Shown piece after piece: positions 24,472 through 31,738 of a stretch of DNA of 48,095 nucleotides. Below the pieces are notes generated by a model that was given only the letters and a program-made list of their open reading frames with translations, did no database searches and was not told where the DNA came from. Where the stretch lies: the NCBI GenBank assembly GCA_036782475.1, contig DAIPYY010000001.1:1-48095 (forward strand), written 5' to 3'. Numbering within the stretch: the stretch's first letter is position 1; each line of letters starts with the position of its first letter. A program made the position numbers and the translations under genes. This DNA is from Candidatus Saccharimonadota bacterium (GTDB lineage: Bacteria; Patescibacteriota; Saccharimonadia; Saccharimonadales; UBA4665).

Positions 24472-25244
24472 GATGTCAAAGCCTTTCCGAGGAAGACAAC
24501 GACTCCCCTTGCTACAAGCGCAACTGCCAGCGCAATAAGCGCATTGATAATCGTACTCTGGGCGCGCTTCGTTATATCGGGCGTACCTTGGCTCGTGATG
24601 TACTGTATGCCTCCTGTCACGATGAATGCGATGGCGATATAGGCAGTGACAATGAGAAGGTCATCGACAATGGCAAGTGCGACCGCCGGGATTACGCCTA
24701 CGTTACCCCCCGAGGGTAGCAACGGTAGGTCCTGGCTGACATTACAAGTCTGAGGGTTGATTTGATTCTGCGGAATATATGCATACCATGTTTTGAGGCC
24801 AAGGAATTGGCGCTGACAGCTCACGCCGCTCGTCTGTACGACATTATATGGGGTCATAAACTGTACGAACGAGCCGAGCAACAGGAATGCCACAAGCCCC
24901 ACCAGCGCCTGCGTGATGGTACGTTTGCCCTTGGCGACCTTTTGCGGATCGCCGGCCGAAGAGCCATATTGTATGGCACCCCATATGATACCACCGACAA
25001 CAGCAACTCCTGCAACTATGGCAAGGAGTCGTATGAGCGGGTTGACATACTTTGCGACGGCGCATGACGTTGCATCACCTTGCGACCCCGTCGGGCAGCA
25101 GACTCTGCCCTGCTTATCACTCGTAAGCGGCGTTTGGCCGGCAGGACATGCCGCACTCGCGACCGGCGGGAACGCCATAGTGACCGTCAAGAACAAGCCG
25201 ACTGATACAAACAGAAGCGCGATACACGAAAGCAATCGTTTCAT
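24468..25244 (-). CDS. tandem double-module VirB2/TrbC-like pilin
   Basis: Signal peptide ending VASA/AC. Module 1 loop is IQYGSSAGDPQKVAKGKR and module 2 loop is IQYITSQGTPDITKRAQS. Each loop sits between two hydrophobic helices and each module follows a Cys-containing external segment. Confidence 0.75.
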   Translation of the reverse strand: MKRLLSCIALLFVSVGLFLTVTMAFPPVASAACPAGQTPLTSDKQGRVCCPTGSQGDATSCAVAKYVNPLIRLLAIVAGVAVVGGIIWGAIQYGSSAGDPQKVAKGKRTITQALVGLVAFLLLGSFVQFMTPYNVVQTSGVSCQRQFLGLKTWYAYIPQNQINPQTCNVSQDLPLLPSGGNVGVIPAVALAIVDDLLIVTAYIAIAFIVTGGIQYITSQGTPDITKRAQSTIINALIALAVALVARGVVVFLGKALTS

Positions 25245-25252
25245 TAAGCATA

Positions 25253-25258
25253 ACTATA
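25253..25258 (-). promoter_or_regulatory. -10 box TATAGT, 8 nt upstream of the tandem-pilin ATG
   Basis: Minus strand reads acagTATAGTtatgcttaATG. Confidence 0.35.
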
Positions 25259-25316
25259 CTGTTTTGTTATTGTTCAATCAAGTATCAAAGAGCTTGTTTC
25301 CTCTTGGTAAATCGAG

Positions 25317-26510
25317 TTATTCGATTCGCTCAAGACCGCCAAGCCATTTCGACCGCGACCAATCGCAAATGACAATATTAGGGTTGTAGCTCAACGTTGC
25401 TTGCTGCGAATCCTCGACCATGGGAGGAGTAATATTTTGCATCATATCCCAGTCCATGAATCCATCAAGCCCATCTTTTCGTTGACTCACATGGAAAAAT
25501 TGCACAAGTGAAAATTTGCCACTCTCAGGAGCAATCTGTCCTGATGGGTTATAGTATGCTTCGCTTACTCCTGCTTCCGGCGCATACACCGCCATGGTCA
25601 GCACGCTATTTCTTTTCTCATCGGAGTTTTTTTGCTGGTCGCGAGCAGCTGCAAATACATATAACGCACCGTCGGGATTGTTTATAGGATCGTATTCGGC
25701 ACATTTTGCATCACCGCCCCTTGAAGTTATCCATTCATAGTCGTACGCGAGCGGCTTTTGTCCGCCCCAGTCCGGATGGTATGAATTAATAATAATCGTA
25801 GGATCGGCCACGTTGTCCCGCATCCACTCTTCACGAGTGCCGATACCCCAGAAGGGATCTTGCGCGTATTCGTAAACCCCTTTTGGCCGCACGTCGAGCA
25901 TAGAAATGACTTTGCGTGCATTCGTACGATCACCGTTTTGGTAGAGTAGCTTCGCCGTTTTTTGTAACATAGACAAACGGATCATTAACATCTGGGGGTC
26001 ATCGACGGATGTTGCCATCCAAGGGGCATAGCCTGCTTCGAGCGTTTCTACGATTTGCTCCCTCAGTTTTGCGTTTGAAACTTTGGAACCTTCGACCAGA
26101 TCATGCGTGATGCCCTGTAAGAACTGTGATTTAGTCTCTGGATCCTGTCCTATGAATTTCTTTTCGCTCATCTTTTTGGCCTTTGCGTACTTCGGGGGCA
26201 CCTCATAGCTCGACTGCGGGGCCTGCTCTGAAGGGGTGGCACTGGACGAGGGACTGGATTCGGTCGCGGTGGGTGTAGGTGTCTCCGAGGCGGGCGGAGT
26301 GGTAGGATCAAGCGTAGAAGAAACGGGAGTCGGAGTTGTGTCGGCGGGATTGATTTCACCGGGAGCGGTAGCGCAGCCGGACAGGGCAAAGGCCCCGACC
26401 GCAGTTATCGCGACGGCTTTTCGGGACATACGTTCATATATACCGACCACTGTCTGTCTTACATAATCAAAAGCTCGCGCGCTTTCTTGATGCAGTGCTG
26501 TCTCGCCCAT
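25317..26510 (-). CDS. putative lipoprotein (Pro/Thr/Ser-rich linker plus about 300-aa globular domain), heads the pilin region
   Basis: Lipobox AFALSGC after a hydrophobic segment. ATG 26510 has a strong SD (GAGGAGGaaacgATG). An internal ATG at 26429 would give a canonical MSRKAVAITAVGAFALSGC signal. Confidence 0.7.
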   Translation of the reverse strand: MGETALHQESARAFDYVRQTVVGIYERMSRKAVAITAVGAFALSGCATAPGEINPADTTPTPVSSTLDPTTPPASETPTPTATESSPSSSATPSEQAPQSSYEVPPKYAKAKKMSEKKFIGQDPETKSQFLQGITHDLVEGSKVSNAKLREQIVETLEAGYAPWMATSVDDPQMLMIRLSMLQKTAKLLYQNGDRTNARKVISMLDVRPKGVYEYAQDPFWGIGTREEWMRDNVADPTIIINSYHPDWGGQKPLAYDYEWITSRGGDAKCAEYDPINNPDGALYVFAAARDQQKNSDEKRNSVLTMAVYAPEAGVSEAYYNPSGQIAPESGKFSLVQFFHVSQRKDGLDGFMDWDMMQNITPPMVEDSQQATLSYNPNIVICDWSRSKWLGGLERIE

Positions 26511-26536
26511 CGTTTCCTCCTCTCAGTTGATGACTA

Positions 26537-26542
26537 ACTATA
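26537..26542 (-). promoter_or_regulatory. -10 box TATAGT upstream of the lipoprotein gene
   Basis: Minus strand reads ttcTATAGTtagtcatcaactGAGAGGAGGaaacgATG. Confidence 0.3.
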
Positions 26543-26575
26543 GAATGAAACTATCCTTGTCTCTTTGCAATATTT

Positions 26576-26591
26576 TGTGACAAAAATCACA
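26576..26591. promoter_or_regulatory. perfect palindrome TGTGA-N6-TCACA (CRP/FNR-type half-sites) in the divergent intergenic region
   Basis: TGTGAcaaaaaTCACA lies between the lipoprotein/pilin unit (minus) and the VirB6-like gene (plus). Confidence 0.4.
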
Positions 26592-26718
26592 CTCAGAGCC
26601 ATGCACGCGACACAAGGCGGATATCAATTTTTGCGCAATTATGACGGTTTCCTGTAGCTTTTACGGTAGTTTTCGTGTTAAATATAACTATAAGCATAGG
26701 CGATACGTCTGAACCATC

Positions 26719-29700
26719 ATGAAACATAAACTGAAACTTTCTTTTTGGGCACTGGGAATCCTCGTCCTCATCATGTCCCAGCTTTTCCTCCTCGCCCCCG
26801 CGCAGAAAGCTTCCGCGCAAAGCCTGACTATTGATAGCCTACGGGATAAGACTCATGCTTTCGCGGTATACACCGTATGGCATAGATGTCTCTCCGAATA
26901 CGATGGGACTAGAGTAACAAATTTGAGGATGAACCTTAATTTCGGTACGAACCAGAAAACGTACATCCTCGGTTTTGCACGATCTGACGGTGACAATAAC
27001 GACGGGACAATAGCATGTTCTGACGCGGCGCGGCTCTGGGCTGCTCTTGCGGGCTACTCGGATGCAGACACCATGATGAAGGATCTCGGTTTTACGGTAA
27101 CGGTGCCTGGCTGTACCAGCGCACCCTGCACGACCGCCGGAGTTACATACTATGAGCTTGGTAAAACAACATCGAAATCATCTCTTCCCGGTAAGGTCGA
27201 GTCCATTTCTAGAGAGAAGGGAATTGCTACGTCTCTCCCCACGTGGGGTAGGTATATTCTTTCGGCCACAGCGGCAGAGGCAAAATGCCAGCCATCAAGC
27301 ACGACGGGGCCGGCAGCCCGCGCCAATCCAACGGTTAGTATTAACGTAGTTGGAGATGATATGGGCACCCTGGTCAGCAAGACATATGATGTCAGCACCT
27401 CCGAAATCGTGCCTGCATACCCGAACATGAGCGGAGGGAATAATGCGAGCTGTAAGTATCTAACCGATGATATTAAGGCCAGTGCCACAAAGTTTAGCAG
27501 TGCCCTTGTCGAAGACCGCATCACCACCGCTATTTCGCTTGCCGAAACTGCCATTTGCGAGCAGTTGCAAATAACAAACGACCGGGAAAAACAGAATTGT
27601 CTCAGTAACTTTGGTTCTTACCTTAAAACCTGTATCGACGACTACTACACCGGTAATCTGACGTCGGGTACTCGCAGCAGGGCAGATCCATTTGACACGG
27701 ATTACGTAGCAACTTGCGTCGAAACCAAAGCAAAAAAAGCAGGCTACAATATCTCTGCAGAAGATATCTCATCCATTCTAGGCGACGCTCAAAATCAAGC
27801 TACACCGAGCACAACCCCTTCGAGCGATTCGGCTACCGATATATGTGACATCCTTGGTGAAGAAGTGCCCATGAAGTGGATGGCATGCGCGGTACTCACT
27901 GCCATGAACGGTATCGTCAACGCCCTCTACGACATGATTCAAAACCTGCTCTACACCCCCATCGACCAAACATTGGCATCGAATCAGTACAATACAAGCA
28001 TCTCGAATTTCCGCATCTTCGGCATGGCTTTTATCTTCATCATCGGACTTATCATGGTGATAGCACAGGCAACAGGATCCGAGATAGTCGACGCATACAC
28101 CGTGCGAAAGGTCCTGCCAAAACTTGGCATTGCTATCATCGGCATTGCTATCGCCGTACCTATCCTCAAGATTCTTATCACCTTCACCAATGACCTCGGT
28201 ATAATGGCGGGCAATTTTATTACCGACATAGCGCCGACAGAGGTCATTAAATCAAATGCAGTAAAAAGTGATGCCGTGGGAGCTCTCGTCGGAACGGGTA
28301 CGCTTGGTATTATTGGCATACTAACCGCCGCAGTCGCACTGGTTGCCCAAGGGCCGGCGGCACTCACTTACATAGTCGTGGCCGTGGTGGCGCTACTCAT
28401 CGCCTTCGTCACGCTAGCCATGCGGCAGCTCGTCATCATCGTGCTTATCCTTTTCGCGCCTATTGCTATAGCCGCTTCCGCACTGCCCGGCACAGAAAAA
28501 CTTTGGAAGTTTTGGCGCGGCACGCTCATCACCACGCTCATGATGTTCCCCATCATCATGATCTTTCTCAAATCCGGTGTTTTCATGGCGTCAATCTTTG
28601 GCAATATCGGCGACCAGCTGAACAACCAAATGTACTACCTCATCGCAGCAGTCATATTTATCGCACCGTATTTTATGCTACCGCTCGCATTCAAGATGGC
28701 CGGTGGCCTCGTCGGCAATATATTTGGCATGGTCAATGACCGCAGCAAAGGCCTCTTCGACCGCATGCGCAATATGCGAGGCAATGCGATGAAGAAAAAC
28801 TGGCAAGGTTTAATGGAGGGGAATAGATACAAAGGGAATACAAGACTTGGCAACTTCATAAACAAGGCCGGAACTACTGCAAACGCATTTAGAACTGGCC
28901 AGGTAGGATACGATATGTCCCAATGGGGATCGCAAGTTAGGAGCGCTCAATCGAGGCAAGACCTTACGGCCGCAGAAGAAGCCCTGCAGAAGAATCCTCA
29001 TATGATGCGTCTCAAGTCCAATGACGACTACATGAGTGCTGCGATTCGCTTCCAAAATGCCGAGCAGCAGAAGGCTTTCCTCATGAACAAAGGCTACAGC
29101 GACACAGAATCAAGCGAAGCGGTTGCAACGATACGTTCTGCACGACGAAGCATGTCAAATGAAGCATTTGAAAATGCTGCCATGTTAGCGCTCCCCGGAA
29201 CCGGCACGTATGCGAAAACTGTGTGGAATGCTCAAACCCAGCAGTTTGAGGGCGGTAAGGCAGAGATGCTTCAGGATATTTTACGTCTTAGCAATGGAGA
29301 TCAAAACCGTGCCGACACCCTGCTTGCTATGATGCGTCAAGGCGCCCAAGGCGCAAGGCGGTTCGATCTTGCTGGCGGTAGCTATGGTGACGATAGAAGC
29401 AGAATGTATGCATTCGCAAGTGGCACAAGGAGCTCGGATGAGGTCAATAAGGAGTCTATCCAGGACTTCATCAAATCAAATGGTGCGGGTGCTATAGCTC
29501 AGGTCCGCGGTAATACGGTCAAACCTTTCGCGGAAGTTATTGCCCAGGATCTCCAAGCGGCTCAGCAGCAATACGGGTTTAATTCTCCTGAATTCCAGAA
29601 GAAGCTCGCCTCCGTTGCTGGCCTATACGATACCATGGGGTCTGCCTCTCCTGAGAATGCTGAAGAATACGCAGACGTGGTTATGTCCTTGCAGTTTGCT

Positions 29701-29898
29701 GGCGGTACACAGGATGTCCAGCAGCTAATCGAAGCCAACAGGGCAAACCCAGACTTTGTTAAAATGCGGCGTGAATATCAGAGTCAATATGCATATCAAG
29801 CAGCCCAAGCGGCTCAGCAACAACCGCCTCCCGCTGGTGGGCCAGGAGGACCTGGTGGACCTCAACCTGGTCAGCCAGGAGGACCTGCTGGACCCTGA
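26719..29898 (+). CDS. VirB6/TrbL-like polytopic T4SS membrane protein with a large Cys-rich ectodomain and a long cytoplasmic tail
   Basis: Signal peptide (..AQKASA/QS), a Cys-rich external domain of about 400 aa, about 7 TM helices (aa about 425-665), then a tail of about 390 aa ending QQQPPPAGGPGGPGGPQPGQPGGPAGP. Confidence 0.65.
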   Translation: MKHKLKLSFWALGILVLIMSQLFLLAPAQKASAQSLTIDSLRDKTHAFAVYTVWHRCLSEYDGTRVTNLRMNLNFGTNQKTYILGFARSDGDNNDGTIACSDAARLWAALAGYSDADTMMKDLGFTVTVPGCTSAPCTTAGVTYYELGKTTSKSSLPGKVESISREKGIATSLPTWGRYILSATAAEAKCQPSSTTGPAARANPTVSINVVGDDMGTLVSKTYDVSTSEIVPAYPNMSGGNNASCKYLTDDIKASATKFSSALVEDRITTAISLAETAICEQLQITNDREKQNCLSNFGSYLKTCIDDYYTGNLTSGTRSRADPFDTDYVATCVETKAKKAGYNISAEDISSILGDAQNQATPSTTPSSDSATDICDILGEEVPMKWMACAVLTAMNGIVNALYDMIQNLLYTPIDQTLASNQYNTSISNFRIFGMAFIFIIGLIMVIAQATGSEIVDAYTVRKVLPKLGIAIIGIAIAVPILKILITFTNDLGIMAGNFITDIAPTEVIKSNAVKSDAVGALVGTGTLGIIGILTAAVALVAQGPAALTYIVVAVVALLIAFVTLAMRQLVIIVLILFAPIAIAASALPGTEKLWKFWRGTLITTLMMFPIIMIFLKSGVFMASIFGNIGDQLNNQMYYLIAAVIFIAPYFMLPLAFKMAGGLVGNIFGMVNDRSKGLFDRMRNMRGNAMKKNWQGLMEGNRYKGNTRLGNFINKAGTTANAFRTGQVGYDMSQWGSQVRSAQSRQDLTAAEEALQKNPHMMRLKSNDDYMSAAIRFQNAEQQKAFLMNKGYSDTESSEAVATIRSARRSMSNEAFENAAMLALPGTGTYAKTVWNAQTQQFEGGKAEMLQDILRLSNGDQNRADTLLAMMRQGAQGARRFDLAGGSYGDDRSRMYAFASGTRSSDEVNKESIQDFIKSNGAGAIAQVRGNTVKPFAEVIAQDLQAAQQQYGFNSPEFQKKLASVAGLYDTMGSASPENAEEYADVVMSLQFAGGTQDVQQLIEANRANPDFVKMRREYQSQYAYQAAQAAQQQPPPAGGPGGPGGPQPGQPGGPAGP

Positions 29899-29910
29899 TC
29901 ATAGATGCCA

Positions 29911-31668
29911 CTATAATCCCACTGCTCGCTGTTCCATTTCAGCAATACCATTGTGAATGCGCTCTACGATAGAAGACTGGGGCGTCTGGCTAAGACCGAC
30001 ATACTCGGGTACACTTTTAGAGCTCTCCTTTGCATCTAGAGCCCGCCTTAACCTTTTAGCAAAGAGATTATTATCGCCGCGAACCGCCTGTCGTCCATTT
30101 ATATTAGAGGTAACATTTTTCTTCAGTAGATTAGTTGTTTCGTATACTTCACCGTCAATAGTAACTACGTAATATGACTTTATATCACCACCCTGCGAAG
30201 TTGATTCTAGTAGCCAACCTTGAGTAGTCTTGCTACTTACGTAATTGATTATCCCATCTTCTGGTGTGTTAAAAATAGGAAGTCCCGTATACTGTTCCAA
30301 TGTAAATTTAGAACGCGTAAATCGTTTAGCTGGCTCAAGGACCTCAATTTCCTGAGTTGGTACTGAGGCCCTCATAGCCTCCAGTGCACTTTGGAAGCGT
30401 TCCATGTCACGCTGGAATAGCTCATCAGCGCTGGGCAGTGCATCAACCTCGGCTAAATTTTTTGCGCGTTTTATGTCCCTAATTCTTCTTTGAGCCTCTT
30501 TTGCCGCCTTAGCCGCATCCTTCTTTTCCTTTTCGGTAAAGTCCCAGTGTGACACGGCCTTTCCGTCGCCCCTCGGCTCATTATCTTCTTCGCCAATAAG
30601 CCCCTGCCGAACAGGGCGAGAAAGTCCCATTGACTGTAATGTGGTTGGCACTACCATACTTACTAGCTGAGCCATCTGCGCTAATTGGGTCTCTGAGAAA
30701 CCATCGCCTGGAGTTGACTCTGCGGGCGCTTGCACCTCTGGCTGCCCAAGCCCTGGAGTGAGAAAGTCAATATTATTTACCCTTTCAGCGGACGGGTCAC
30801 TTGGGTTTCTTTTGATTGCAAAATCTTTGATTTTCATATTGCCAAGCTCGTTTGGATCCTCTGTGGCATTGCCAGTACTCTCGGCTGCAGGGGGAATGGC
30901 GAGACCACCCAAAGTGGCCGCAACTGCCGTGAAGGCGGCATGCCTCTCCTTTGGCGTACCCATGGGGTCAGGGATATCAATGACAAGAGCGCTTCGATCG
31001 TCTTTTTTTCTACCGGCACTTATCAATGCTTGCGCTGCCGCTTCAGCATTAAGCCCATCAGTAGCATTTTTAAGATCTTCGGCCGAGAGAAGTTCGTCGC
31101 CTACATCACCCGTAACGCCGTCAGATACGATGATTATACGATCACCAGGCCTGCATAGAAGTGTACCGACTTGAGTGGCGCTGAGTCCGCCCTTGCCAAC
31201 CCAGTTTGCAAGCGTACTCTCGTGACCCTCATCAGTGCTTATCTGATGAATCGTATTGCCGCTCACCCAATAAACCCTCGAATCGCCAATAGATGCCCAC
31301 GCGGCTGTTATACTGCCGTCTTTCTCTTCGACCGTTCGGACCACTGCCGCGGTTGTTGCACCATCACTGCCAAATTCTTTTTCTACGGATTTAGATGCAA
31401 TTGTTAATACATTCTTGAGCCAACCTGCCGCAGCACTAGCTGGCAGCGCCCAAGGGGCGCGGTCAGCGTTTACGCCGTTTTTTAGAATCTCCGCAGTCAT
31501 CTGTGCCGCTTCCGCTCCGGCTGATAACGATCCGACGCCGTCAAATACGCCGAATAGGCCTTCTTTGGGCATATTAAGTATGACGTCTTGACCTTTGAGG
31601 GCTTGCATCGCTTCACCGGAATTCACAAGAGGAGGGGTTGGCTGGCCGAATTCATGAGAGGCATTCAT
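29911..31668 (-). CDS. PP2C-family Ser/Thr phosphatase domain protein with an uncharacterised C-terminal region of about 330 aa
   Basis: GLFGVFDGVGS, IGDSRVYWV, RIIIVSDGVTGDV and KDDRSALVIDI follow the PP2C motif order. No signal peptide or TM helix. Confidence 0.75.
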   Translation of the reverse strand: MNASHEFGQPTPPLVNSGEAMQALKGQDVILNMPKEGLFGVFDGVGSLSAGAEAAQMTAEILKNGVNADRAPWALPASAAAGWLKNVLTIASKSVEKEFGSDGATTAAVVRTVEEKDGSITAAWASIGDSRVYWVSGNTIHQISTDEGHESTLANWVGKGGLSATQVGTLLCRPGDRIIIVSDGVTGDVGDELLSAEDLKNATDGLNAEAAAQALISAGRKKDDRSALVIDIPDPMGTPKERHAAFTAVAATLGGLAIPPAAESTGNATEDPNELGNMKIKDFAIKRNPSDPSAERVNNIDFLTPGLGQPEVQAPAESTPGDGFSETQLAQMAQLVSMVVPTTLQSMGLSRPVRQGLIGEEDNEPRGDGKAVSHWDFTEKEKKDAAKAAKEAQRRIRDIKRAKNLAEVDALPSADELFQRDMERFQSALEAMRASVPTQEIEVLEPAKRFTRSKFTLEQYTGLPIFNTPEDGIINYVSSKTTQGWLLESTSQGGDIKSYYVVTIDGEVYETTNLLKKNVTSNINGRQAVRGDNNLFAKRLRRALDAKESSKSVPEYVGLSQTPQSSIVERIHNGIAEMEQRAVGL

Positions 31669-31675
31669 GATCTTT

Positions 31676-31683
31676 ATTATACA
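31676..31683 (-). promoter_or_regulatory. -10 TATAAT abutted by TG, 7 nt upstream of the PP2C ATG
   Basis: Minus strand reads agTGTATAATaaagatcATG. Confidence 0.45.
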
Positions 31684-31738
31684 CTACGCTTGTGTTTTTT
31701 GCAATAGTTTTATGTAGTCGTAGTGGTTTTCGCAGCGA

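Noticed and set aside
26593-26820. 75-aa ORF on the - strand in the divergent spacer
   Set aside because: It overlaps the VirB6-like start and signal peptide in antisense and has no SD or promoter geometry.
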